A DNA stretch of 64,000 bases from Eledone cirrhosa (taxonomy: Eukaryota), in the NCBI GenBank assembly GCA_964016885.1, contig OZ024742.1, positions 293,632,001-293,696,000 of the forward strand, in the 5' to 3' direction. The position numbers and the translations under genes are program-made. The notes beneath the pieces are model-generated. The model was not told where the DNA came from. It worked only from the letters and a program-made list of their open reading frames with translations, and did not search any database. This document shows positions 13,329 through 25,581 of the stretch, in pieces. How positions within the stretch are numbered: the stretch's first letter is position 1; each line of letters begins with the position of its first letter.

Positions 13329-13556
13329 TTAAGCCTTTAGCATTTAAAGCGGCGATATCCGTCCAGAATTCTCTCACCTCTTTCGTTCAAACCAGCCATA
13401 ACTGGTTGTTCATACTGATGTTAACATATTGTTCTCAAAATAAATAATATCAACATCTCATAGATTCGATATTATGTGAGATAATTAGGTGAGGTAAAGC
13501 CTTTAGCATAAAAATATAATAGTAAATATAGAGTAATGTAAATGTTAAAGGGTTAA
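13329..13556 (+). mobile_element. piggyBac-type MITE family A
   Basis: TTAA-gcctttagcattt...aaatgttaaaggg-TTAA, ~228 bp, non-coding. Confidence 0.85.
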
Positions 13557-13855
13557 ATAATGATTACCAACTCACACCAGTGTTCTCATTTTAACTCTTA
13601 TCTTGTAATGATTCAATCAAAAATATCTAAAAACTGGTTTGTTAATCCAGATGTTTATAGTATCTTTACTGGTGGACAGATTATTGTGAAAACATGCAGT
13701 ATTAAAATAAAAACTTTAGTTTTAAATGTGATGCAGTTATGGTGCTGTTTTATACTTTTCAAGAAGTCTTGCTAAAGTGATTTCATATAGTACATAATGA
13801 CTTACTTCTCTCCACTAAATTGATGGCCTTCTCATTATTACTTAGGGTCATAGGC

Positions 13856-14300
13856 CTGTGGATGGCAGTATCAGTAGAGTGTCGGACAACATGCTTTGTG
13901 ACATAGAGTAACGGCCCTTTGCGTTCTGAGTTCAAATGTTGCCACGGTTAGCTTTGCCTTTCATTTTTATGGGGTTGATAAAATAAAGTACCAATAATGT
14001 ACTGGGGTCGATTTAATCAACTTTCCCCTTCCCCAAAATTGCTGGCCTTGTGCCTAAATCAGAAACCATTATTTCTGAGGGTTGTGGATTGGCTGTATTG
14101 GCAGGGCATCAGACAACATACTTTGCGGCATATAGTTACAGCTCCTTATGTTCTGAGTTCAAATCCCTCCAAGGTTAGCTTTGCTTTTCATCCTTACAGG
14201 GTCGAAAAAATAAAGCACCAGTAATGCACCAGGGTCAATTTAATCAACTTACCCTTCCCCAAAAACTGTTGACCTTGTATCTAAATCAGAAAGGATTATT
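13856..14300 (+). mobile_element. Two tandem SINE1 copies
   Basis: Two consecutive gtggat(t)ggc...gagttcaaat...gcc/gcttttcat...ctaaatcagaaa units; further copies at 15234-15450(+) and 32777-32962(+). Confidence 0.8.
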
Positions 14301-16499
14301 TTACTAACCCCTGCTGAATTTGTGATTATTTTGAAAAGAAATTGAAACAAATTATTGCTAAAAAAAAAAGACTGCCCTAAAGTAGTTAATTGGAGCTGTA
14401 GGCTCTCAAATCTCCAGTAGTATTCCCATGACATCTAAAGTAAACACTCTTCAACAGTAAGTAGGATTATAAATAATATATCTCAAATAGAATTTTTGAT
14501 TTTGCAAGAGAATATTTCATTTTGTATATGATGTACAGTAATCTCAGAACACACACAGACTCACATAGACATGTATGCATACATGCTAACATGCACACAC
14601 TACTTAATCTAATTTTACATTAAACTCAAATCCTGCTAAATAAGCAAATAAGCTGATCAACCTTGTCTCCAAGAAACCCATTATAAGCTACCAGACTGAC
14701 CCAAGAATATAAACAGCTCAAACCAACAATTAATTTACATTAGGTGAGACGGTTTCATGTGGAAGAGGTCATTAAGAATTTGATGATTTTTTTAAATTAA
14801 AAAGAATATATATATTTTCCAACCAGGTATGATGTATAAAACTGTATAAGGCAAGAAAATGACAAAGATGAAAGACATGACAGATATCCCAACAGTTTAG
14901 TTCATTCATCCATGGGCCCTGAACTCCATTAATTCACAGTGGTGTCATATATTAAGCATTTAACCCTTTTGATACAAAACTACTTGAAATTCAGCAAATT
15001 CCATTATAAACATGGTAATGAAAGGATTAAACCTGGTGAAGAGAAAGGGAGAGTGCAAGAGAGAGAGAGAGTAAGTGAGAAAGATATACAGAGGAAGAAT
15101 TGCCCCCAGTACTGGACTGGTACTTTATCTACCTCAAAATGACGAAAGGTAAAGTTGACCATGGTGGGATTCGAACTTAGACAGCAAAGGGCTGGAGCAA
15201 ACACTAGCATTCTAGCCAATATAACAACTCATGCCGGTGGATTGGCAGAATTGGTAGAGCATTGGACACCCTGCTTCGCAGTATAGTTATGGCCGTTTAT
15301 GTTCCAAGTTCAAAACCTGCTGAGGTTTGCTTTGCCTTTCATCCTTATAGGGTTGATAAAATAAAGCACCAGTCACACACTGGGTCAATTTAATCGACTT
15401 TCTCCTACTCCAAAATTGCTGGCCTTGTGCCTAAATCAGAAACCATTATAACAACTCAGCTAACTCACTGTCATTAAGTTTAGTACTTTAACTAAACATA
15501 GACACAGCATGGCCAAATCATTAGCTTCACAATCATGAGTCCCCAGGTTCAATTCCACTACATGGTATAGTGGTTAAGTGTCATTTACCATAAACTGAGG
15601 TTAATTTTTTGAGCAAAGCCAACTAGATGGAAACTGTTGAGAAGCCCATCAGATAGACTGTACCTGTAATTCAAAGGACCTGCCTTGTCACACACTGTGT
15701 CATACTGAATCTCCCCGAGATATATATTAAGAGGACATGTGTTTGTGGGAATGCTAAGCCATAAAACAAGTTAATTTTATGAGCAGGTTCTTCCGTTGAT
15801 TAGAACAACTAGAGCATTCAACATTGAAACTGACAGAGGTTGATTCCATTCAACTCTAACTAAATAGTAATGGGTGACCATTTGATTGTTTCCGCTATCA
15901 TAATTTAATGATAATAATACAACAAAGCATCAGAGATAAATAAATGGTAAAATGGTTCCTCTCTTAAATGTCAAATTTAGTTGGGGTTTTTTTTATTGGA
16001 GACATGTTGGTAAAGAAACAATTGTATAACTGAATGTTGATTGTTGTTGTTGAAGGAGGTGATAGTAGTGGTGGTCATGATGGTGGTGTCGTTGCTGTTG
16101 TTGGTGGTGGTGATTTACTTGACTAGATGACTAGTTTATATATATGTTGGAAAGTATTATGTTGGGATATGGAAAGGTGGGGGAGAGAAAGATAGTAAGA
16201 GAGAGACACAGACAGAAGAGAGAAAGACAGATCACAGGAGAAAGAGAGAGGGCATGCTGCATGTGTGTGTATGAGAGAGAGAGGGGGTAAAAGAGAAAGA
16301 CAAGAGTACAAAAGAGAGAGAGAGAGGCAGGAGAAACAGTGATAAACAATTCCAACAAATATCTGTTTTAAAATTTCACTGCAAGTATCACTTATAATCT
16401 CACTTTAAAATTGATAATTATATAATTACATATAATTAGCCGTTTTTGTTACTTAGATGACTTAATTAGCATCGGAGAGGGTTGTTCTCATATCAAAGT

Positions 16500-17230
16500 A
16501 GTTAGAATAAGAACAGGCTGGAAAAAAATTTACAGAGCTACTTACTACCTCTGTTGACAACAAAAGAATCTTCTGGATGAGTGAAAGGTATATTTTATGA
16601 TGCCTGCATGAGAAGTGTGATGTTGTATGGCTATGAGACATGGGCAGTAAATGCAAAGGATATATAAAGACTGGCGAAAAATGAGGAGACCATGTTCTGT
16701 TGGATATTTAACCCTTTAGCATTTAACCAGCCATATCCAGCCAGGATTCTCTCACCTCTTTCTGTTCAAACCAGCCATAATTGACTGCTCATACTGACAT
16801 TAAGGTGTTCTCAAAATAAACAACATAAAAATTTCATAGATTTGATATTATATGAGATAATTATGCAAGATAAAACCTTTACCACAAAAATACAAAAGTA
16901 TATTATAGTAATGTAAACGCTAAAGGGTTAATGTTAGTGTGCATGAACAATGGGGCATAGATGAATTGAGAGAAAAGCTGTGTATAAGAGGAATCAGATG
17001 TGTGCAAGAGAGAAGACTGCACTGGTTTGAACATGTGATGCATATGGATGAAGAACACTGGATGAAAATGTGCCAGATGGTACTAGTGGAAGTAAGCTGC
17101 AGTTGAGGAAGACAAAGAAAGACCTAGCCAGAGGTGGTTAGAGCTGATCTCAAAATTTCTGAATCTCAGAGAAAATGACAAAGGAGGTCTACAATAGGAG
17201 GGAGGCTGTGCTGAACCTTTGCAAGCATGG
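16500..17230 (+). mobile_element. Old RTE-clade LINE fragment interrupted by MITE A (16708-16931)
   Basis: Degenerate VKGIFYDACMRSVMLYGYETWAV...ERRLHWFEHVMHM homologous to 56543-56944; the MITE has TTAA at both ends (16708-16711, 16928-16931). Confidence 0.8.
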
Positions 17231-17252
17231 AAAAGCATACATATGATGATAG

Positions 17253-17294
<42 letters not shown>

Positions 17295-18059
17295 ATGTGT
17301 GCATGTGTGCGTGTGCGTGTGCGTGTGCGTGTGTGTGTGTGTGCGCGTGCGCGTGTGCATGTGCGTGTGTGCGTGGAAATGTTTATGTAGGATACAAACA
17401 AATATCACCAATTGCCCAAGCAGTGTCAATGTGAAGACACATGGAAACATAAACACAACAGGCATCTATATAGTTTCGCCCTTCCAAATTTCAGTCACAG
17501 AGCAGTGTTCAGTCCAAAGAAGACACTTTACCAAGAGGCCACACAATAGAATTGAACCCAAAACCAATTGGTTACAAAACCAACTTCTTAACCATAGACA
17601 TGACTGCACCTGTAATGTCAATAAATCCACTGAATTTCTTTATACAAAAAGAATATTAATTTTTTTAACTCTATATGACCAGTGACATTTCCAAACAGAA
17701 CTAACCAATCTAAAACCAACTAGATCAAACAAAAGTCAAAAGGTTTGGAGATGATAAAATAAATGAAAAAAATATTCAAACTAACATGAAAATATTTTGT
17801 TTCTATGTTATTTTTCCATAAATGCATTAAAATTGACACCCTGAAAATATTGATTTTCTATAACAGACCAAGAATCTGTTCATTAAAAGAAAGGGGCTAA
17901 TCATAGGATAGCACCAAGGAAACTATATTACAATTAGTTTTTCCATTGTTAATATTATCTGCCAGTTGCAGAAGTAGGTGAGATTTGAACTCAGAATGAA
18001 CTGATACTGTAAAGCATTTCATCCAACTCTTTAATAATTCTGCCACTCCACTACCCTTA

Positions 18060-18590
18060 GACTAGTTGGATGTTATCCAACTATCATGCTCAGGATCTAC
18101 TTCTGGGTCTCCTGCCAGTTGGCTTTGCCCATAAAATCTGTCCAGCAATTCTTTCCTGAGACATTCTAACTACATGCCCATAGTATCAGAGCTGTAATCT
18201 CTCAATTCGGAGAAGTAGCAGCTCTACCTGGTGCGACTCTGATCTCTGAGTTACACACTCTGAGTAACGTTACTCCAAAGACCCTTCAGCAGAACCCCAT
18301 TTCAGCCACTTGTATTTGCAATCGTATTCTTTCAGTCATTACCCAAGATTCATGACCATAAGTATGGGTTGGCACGAATACCAAATTGAAGATAGCAAGT
18401 TTGGCTTTTACACCTACTTCCCTTTTTCTGGTTACTGAGTACTGAGGCTGACACATTACTGCACCAGCTCCTGCAATCCTTGCACTTAATTCAGCCTCCT
18501 ACCTTCCATCACTCATAAACACAGCTCCAAGATACTTGAACTTCTCTATCTGCTTCAGTGGAACTCCACTCACATGTAGAGTGCACTGCG
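18060..18590 (-). mobile_element. Degenerate RTE-like RT C-terminal fragment
   Basis: Minus strand reads LHVSGVPLKQIEKFKYLGAVFMSDGR.EAELSARIAGAG...YGHESWVMTERIRLQIQVAEMGF; a related fragment lies at ~1195-1320(+). Confidence 0.7.
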
Positions 18591-19010
18591 CAGTATAATT
18601 CATTTAAAAAGAAACAAAAATTAAACTAAAATATTAAATTCTAATTCCACATATTTTCTGTCCAACCGATTTCACTCAAACGGTTTAGGTTGACCCAAGG
18701 TTATGGGGGAAAAAAAATTGGTCAAAATGCCAGACATGACCTCATGATTGAGAAGCAAACATCTAAACCACTCCGCTATTCCAGCACCCACTCAGCTATG
18801 CTAGCACCCAACATTTGAACTCTGTCATCCATGACTCTTTAGTAATATAACATTCCATTTAGCTTTCTAGTGACTGTTAAATTCACACAATTATAAAAGT
18901 ACATTTATAATTTAAAAAAATAAAAATAGATGTTCAAAAAATCCAACAAGAAATTTTAAAAAAATCGAATTCATTGAGAAAACATTTATAAAGCAAAGTG
19001 TCCACGAATT

Positions 19011-19160
19011 AATTGTTTTATGTATTAAAATAAAGTGTACGTGAAGACAAATTTATTTTGATTTGTTTTATGTATTAAAATAAAATGTACGTGAAGACAA
19101 ATTTATTTTTATTTGTTTTATGTATTAAAATAAAGTGTACGTGAAGACAAATTTATTTTT
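19011..19160. repeat. 50-bp tandem repeat, 3 copies
   Basis: atttgttttatgtattaaaataaagtgtacgtgaagacaaatttattttt x3. Confidence 0.9.
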
Positions 19161-20054
19161 ATTATGTTTGACTCGTGCTTCGATATCCTGCTTATGAGTG
19201 GATCTAGAGAAGAAATATCATATTTGTATGTGGTGTTTGCAGTTTTGTCATTAAAATTGGTATTTTTATTTTAAAAATCTTTCTTCTTGTTAAACGTAAG
19301 TGATTGTAGTCAATTTCTCTAGACTTCTGGCCCCTTAAAATGTAAGTTTAGCCACTGAAAGTAAAATGCTACATGGCTTGGAAGTGGATATATTGGTAAA
19401 TTTAGATTTCAAACAGTCGCCATTTTGAAGCCCTAAGACGGCTATGTTCGGAACCCTAAAAAAATGGCAACATTGATTTTTGTGTTCAATACATCCTAAC
19501 ATTTCCAAAAATGTATTGTTTAGTAAATCTCCAAAAAATTTGAACGAAAATACACAAGGAACTGGACTAAAGGTTTGAAGAAACCAATTTATAAAACTGA
19601 AGTGATAAAGAAAAAATTATTTGAAAATTTATATTATCTTTTTATATTAATTATATTTTTTAATGAGACTGTAACAAACTATAGTAGTCTTCTCAGAGTA
19701 TTTTCCTGATCCACAAATATCTAATGTTAAGCTGTACTGTGAAGAATACAATTAGTATTCATTGCTGAGCTCTCTCATTATCTCAACTGTAATTAAATAC
19801 TAACAGAACACCATACTTTTGAGGTTTATCTTGGATCTCAGATAAAGAACTACAAGCATTAAAACTTGTAATTGAAACTTGATAGATCTGTGTTTAGTTC
19901 ACTTTGAAATGTGTGCATCCCAACACAAATGACCATAATAATAGATGATTTTCTCAACTATCATTTATAGTGATCAGTTATTATGACGGTCATTTGTGTG
20001 GAACAAATACAAAACACATTTTAACAAGTTTGCTAATCTACCACCCTCAGTAAA

Positions 20055-20608
20055 AATGGTTTCTGATTTAGGCACAAGGCTAGCAATTTTGGGAGGAGGA
20101 GAAAGTAGATTAAATCAACCCCAGTGTATTACTGGTGCTTTATTTTATCAACCTCATAAAGATGCAAGGCAAAGCTAACTTTGGTGGGATTTCAAATCAG
20201 ACCGCAAAGGACCATAACTCTATGCCACGAAGCAGAGTGTCCGACAATCTACTACCCTACCACTCTCAGTAATAATTGTTTCTACTTTTGGCACAAGGCC
20301 AGCAATTACTCAGTGTATTACTGGTACTTTATTTTATCGACCCCATAAGGATGAAAAGCAAAGTTAACCTCGGCTGGATTTGAACTCTGTCTTTAAAGGA
20401 GTAATAATGATTTCTAGTATAGGCACAAGGCCAGTAATTTGGGGGGAGGGAAAAGTCGATTAAATTGATCCCAGTACATTACTGGTGCTTTATTTTATCG
20501 ACCCTGTAAGGATGAAAGGCAAAGTTAACCTCGGCGGGATTTGAACTCAGCGGCGTAACTATGCTCAAAACATGGTGTCCGACTCTACCGATACTGTCAA
20601 TCCACTAC
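20055..20608 (-). mobile_element. Cluster of three SINE1 copies
   Basis: Three tttct..ttaggcacaaggc...gatgaaaggcaaagttaacc units; a similar pair at 50175-50622 and a single copy at 61144-61363. Confidence 0.8.
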
Positions 20609-20617
20609 CATCAGTAA

Positions 20618-21104
20618 TCTAAACTATAATAAAGGAAGGTCTGCGGGATTGCGTACGGTTTTTTTTTTATCCCATTTGTCAAATAAGTTGGATTACTTTA
20701 AATAAATAATGAATGAATATTACATAATTTATCTACTAAATTTCGTGGCTGTTCATTAAATATATTTTGTTTATTTAAAGATTCACTTCTTTAACATTTC
20801 TGAAATGTCACACTTCCGGTGGCAATCGCTTAAATAAACATACTAATTTTTCGTCACTAATTTTCTCCTAATGCAGTTTATATATAATATCGTCATTTTT
20901 AATGTATCATGGATTACGTTACTGATTAAATAAGACAGTGTAACACAGTCTTCGTTCAATTTCTATGTATTATATATTGTCAATTACGATTTTATTTGAT
21001 GTATCATATCTACATGTATATATATATATATACTTGCGTATAATATCAATATACACACTACACATACTAGCAGAAAACCACCCAAAGCGTGGTTTTTCTG
21101 CTAG
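20618..21104 (+). mobile_element. Putative non-autonomous Helitron
   Basis: A|TCtaaactataataaag 5' end; subterminal hairpin and CTAG|T 3' end (ctgCTAGt, 21101-21104); no TSD. Confidence 0.6.
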
Positions 21105-22289
21105 TAATGATAATGGATCCTGATTTACATGGTAATGATCATGATTTGTCCAGTAGTAATGATATTATAAACATTTTCACTAACAAACACATTTTTAGAC
21201 ATTTTCTGCTAAATCATTACACACATTTCTAAGCAGGAAGCTTATGAAATGAACCAGTAGCTTGGGGAAACCAATAAGGAAATATAATGAAATAAAAGCA
21301 ATGAAAATAATATCTGCATGAACCCTTCTTGTATCTGTGACCAGTTTGACAGTAAACTCTTTAAATATTTACATTTTAAATGGAGCAAGTGTATTACTTT
21401 CTGTACTATGTGAAGAGAGCCAAAATTTTCGTAAAATTACTCTCAAGTCTTCCTAGATTTTCTTATCAGCGACACTTGTAGAGTGTGATGGAAAAATCCT
21501 GGTATATAATGATATGCTAAATTACACTTGTATGAAGATAAGGAGGAGAAAGATAAAGATGGCTTTATTAATGTTAGTGGTTGTGGTTTTGGTCTTAATA
21601 GTGTTAATGTGAACTAAGCATGGCCCATACTGATTATAGTAATGGTCGCTTCTGATAAGTGTAATGTATGAGCGTTTTAACAAATGATAATAGTGATAGT
21701 GTTCAGGATATATTAACTTCATTATCCATTTAACTCTTCTACTCCTCCCCCACCTTTCTTCCTAACTAGAAATAAAATGTCATACTTTACCATTTGAGTA
21801 AATATCTTATCCTAGCTAAACTAGCAGATCTAACCAGCTTGATAAAGTGCTGATATGGCTGAAAGGTGATGTATCATGGGGAAATTATTAAATAGATAAG
21901 AGCCTGAAAATAAACAAGCAAAGCTATTTAAAAGGCCAAGCTGCCTTGAAGAGGAAACGTAAACAGGTATTGTATACAGGGATTATTTTACCCATACATT
22001 ACACCAAAGACACAAACATGGAGAAGACACAAACATGAAGAAGTTCACTTTGCAATTATAAGCTCCAGGGTTCCATTCTAGTGTTTATCATCTTAATCAA
22101 GTATCTTTACCATAGCCCTGGGTCAACCTAAGCCTTGTAAGTAAATTTGAGTAGACAGAAACAGTAAGTCCATCAAATGGACTGTACTTGTAATTCAAAG
22201 GTCCAACTTTATCATGTATTATATTACACTGATACTGCCTGAGAATTACATTTATATATATATATAGTAATAATAAATGTGTGAAGACT

Positions 22290-22334
<45 letters not shown>

Positions 22335-22337
<3 letters not shown>

Positions 22338-22822
22338 TAAACGGAATAGAAAATGCTGACAAATTGTTCACAGTGAAAAATAGTTTAATTAGGAATAAGT
22401 GAGAATTAGTAATTGTATTGGTTAGTATTCAATTTTGGTTTTAAGTTTTACCGGTTGCGCATTTCTAATGCTTTTCAAAAATAATTTTGAGATAGAGTGT
22501 CCGTGATGTTTGCTCTGATCTGATTAGTTTTGGGAATTCTACCTGTTTTTATGTTAAAAAAGTGGCTCCAGCGGTATTAAAATAAGTTTTGCGCCAATTC
22601 GTGTTGCAAAAATTCTTGTGGTCAAAACAATTTTGATTGGTCGGTAGAGGTCATGTGAATGTAAAAAATTGATTTTGCGGCAAATGACTCTTTGACAACA
22701 AATATGTGTGTGTGTGTGTGTGTGTGTGTGTAGTAGTAGTAAAGTGTTTGTTGTTGTGATAATGGTCAGCAGGGATGTGTGTGCGAACCGCAGCCTGTTG
22801 ACAGTTCAAATGCCTATTAAGA

Positions 22823-22861
<39 letters not shown>

Positions 22862-23032
22862 CAGAGTAATTCGTGGTAGAGGGATGGTCAGTAGGAATGT
22901 GTCTGTAAGTGAGTGGGGGATATTTTAACATGTTAAAAGAACCAATACAATTACTAATTCTCACTTATTCCTAATTAAACTATTTTTCACGGAACAATTT
23001 GGCAGCATTTTCTATTCCATTTACCAATATAT
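22335..23032. repeat. (TA)n-flanked element with ~90-bp terminal inverted repeats
   Basis: tggtaaacggaatagaaaatgctg...gtaattgtattggtt (22335-22422) is the reverse complement of aaccaatacaattac...ctattccatttacca (22940-23026). Confidence 0.8.
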
Positions 23033-23087
23033 AATAACTTGTGTGTTACACCTCTATTCTTTTATATATATATATAGATATATATAT

Positions 23088-23203
23088 ATAGGAAAAAGTT
23101 TGACCCCGATGGCAGAGTTCAAGCCGTTTCGATGGCTATTTCTGGACAGAAATAACCGTCGAAACGGCTTGCGCTCTGCCATCAGGGTGAAATTTTTTCC
23201 TAT
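23088..23203. repeat. ~116-bp near-perfect hairpin between (TA)n tracts
   Basis: ataggaaaaagtttgaccccgatggcagagttcaagccgtttcgatggctatttct-ggac-agaaataaccgtcgaaacggcttgcgctctgccatcagggtgaaattttttcctat. Confidence 0.88.
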
Positions 23204-23571
23204 TACCCACTCTACTACCCTAAGTATTGAGTACTCTGGTGTGTTATGGTCCATCTGGTTCCTTACCACACCTCCTTCATTATATATATATATATATATA
23301 CATATAACGTAATATGATTTCAAATATGAAAGCAAATAGATGAAGTTATACAGCTCAAAAATACAGGATTTTTACGTACATAAGGCTTTCCTACAATTTT
23401 ATAGATAAGTATGAAATCCTAATATGAACAATTATGAATTCACGTATACATTTTTCAATGTGTGTATGTATGCATATGTGTATGTGTGTGTGCATGTGCA
23501 TGTGTGTATATATATATATATATATAAACAAAATTAGTTTTCGCTCTAACAGCGGATGCGTAAATGCATTC

Positions 23572-23758
23572 GTAAGTTTTATATCAAATAATAATAATAT
23601 TCGATTCGTTTGCAAGCAAACAGTCTCATTACAGTAAGGATGATGATAGTTGTTTAAAACACATAGCATAATGAGGCTGTTTGCTTGCAAACAAATCGAT
23701 TATTATTATTACTATTAATATTATTATTATTATTATTATCATTCGATATAAAACTCAC
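23572..23758. repeat. Inverted repeat (~60-bp arms, ~37-bp spacer)
   Basis: ttcgattcgtttgcaagcaaacagtctcatta vs taatgaggctgtttgcttgcaaacaaatcgat, with outer gttttatatc/gatataaaac. Confidence 0.75.
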
Positions 23759-24504
23759 AAATACACACATATATATATATGTCTGTGGAATACTCAACCA
23801 TTAACACATTAATTCACAAGTAAGATATTCAGTTGATCTCACAGTTGCACATGTGAATGGTTAGAGATGACAATATGTAGGTTGTGAATTATAGAGAAGA
23901 AATAGTGTAGAAAAGATAAGTGTAATCCAAGATACATCTTGGTGCACTGATAGGTCAAAGTGTTCTGTCAATACAGGAGTGGTCAAACAGAAAACTTCAC
24001 CTAATCAAAGCTGATTATTAAATCTCAGACAAATTTTATAGCCAGTTAATCAGCTTTGTCAAAAGATTCCTAGTAAATAACATTGTTGCTGTCAAAATAA
24101 ACTATTTTCTTAAGATTAAAAGACTACTGGTTTTTTTAACTCTTTTGTTACTATATATCAATTTGAAAATAATCAAGAATTAGAAAGGATTTAGAAACAT
24201 AATTCTTCTTCTGCCTCCACTTCTTCCTTCTCTACTTCCTCCTTTTCCTCCGCTTCCTCTTTCTTTACCCACTTACTCCTGAGAGAGTCATGGAGGGCAG
24301 AGTCCTTAAACACTCCTTCCAGCAGGTGCTGTCAAAAGCAACCGTCTCCAACTGATCTGGCTGGATCCCTGAGCAAGACCAACCAAGCTCATGGATGTTA
24401 TCCAACCATCTTGCTTGGGGTCTACTCCTGGGGTCTCCTTTCATATTATTAAGTTTATGTTTGGAGCATAACTTAAAGACACTGACATAAAAATTGGCAG
24501 GTCT

Positions 24505-25080
24505 TTAGATAAATATAAACACTTTAAAGTAAACAGGTTTATACCATAACACCAGGACCAGTTTCAGGTAGTTCAGTATGTAGCGCTCTCTAGACAGGAA
24601 GTAGCTGGAGTTACTTCCCATTGAAATTCCAGAACCTTCTTTGTAACTTCCATCCAGGGAACTATAAAGGAGAGAGCTCAAAGCTATCTTTCTCTTTTTC
24701 ACCTCTTGGCCGCCTGGCCTTAAGGCCAAGCATGGTTACGCCAAAGGTATACTCTCTTTCTGGCGGTTTTCTTCTCAAGCTGACAACACTGAGCACAAGG
24801 ACGTTAACTTTTCTCTAACCACCTATCATGGATCTGGACTATACCTAATTATGTACGAGAATATTTGTTTACAACAATTATAACATGGAGCTACAATAAA
24901 ATGAAGACTTATATTTGATACTCGTTCCGAGAAACTGCTTACGTTTTATCATTACCTTTGTAATGGGAATTAACTCTCATTTGACATGGTGTTATGTAAA
25001 AATATCTTATCCTTTTCTTTATAAAAATTAGTGGTTATAGTTACGTAGACATTACACTAAAATGGTGACCCTGACGGAGT
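24505..25080 (+). mobile_element. Putative Gypsy LTR followed by a tRNA primer-binding site
   Basis: TATAAAG at ~24664, AATAAA at 24895, ...ttaCA end at ~25056, then TGGTGACCCTGACG (tRNA-Trp-type PBS, consensus TGGTGACCCCGACGTGA) at 25063, partly repeated at 25100. Lies upstream of a Gypsy pol fragment. The LTR start is uncertain. Confidence 0.5.
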
Positions 25081-25581
25081 GAAACACCAACCACTAAAAT
25101 GGTGACCCTAACATAAAATAACACCAACTGAAGAATGAAGAAAAAAAAAGTACAAAAAAAAATTTCTATTCCCACCTCACGTGGTGACAACGTTCAAATG
25201 CTTCTAACTTGGCTGTTTATACTTTTGCTACATCTTACTACGAACCATTCATTAAATTGGACTCTTTCATTTTTTAACATGATATTTCTTTTTCTGAAAA
25301 TTACACCTCGTGTCTTTCTCGTTCAACCAAGCTTTTGTTTAAGACCAACAACCAATATGGCGACTGCTGCCTTCCTCTTTCATTTTCGAGCAGCCATCTT
25401 GTCTTCTTCGTTTCGTCATTTTCCCGCGCGATGGATTTTACCAACACACTCATTGCTATTCATCTCAAAGAATAGTTCGGCCACGAGCTACTTTATTAAT
25501 GCCAGTAAAAAAATTGCAACACCTTGTGTCGTAAATTGACGTCACGTTCATTCTGCGGTCAGCTACTTAAAAGAAACTTAT

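Noticed and set aside
19170-19570. Possible DNA transposon end (…gaactggacta)
   Set aside because: No matching second terminus or coding remnant was found in the window.
21791-21903. Minus-strand segment with ttttcag acceptor and gtaaag donor as the next alpha-catulin exon
   Set aside because: In the required phase it reads GSYLFNNFPMIHHLSAISALYQAG then stop, with no catulin similarity. A poison exon cannot be supported without RNA-seq.
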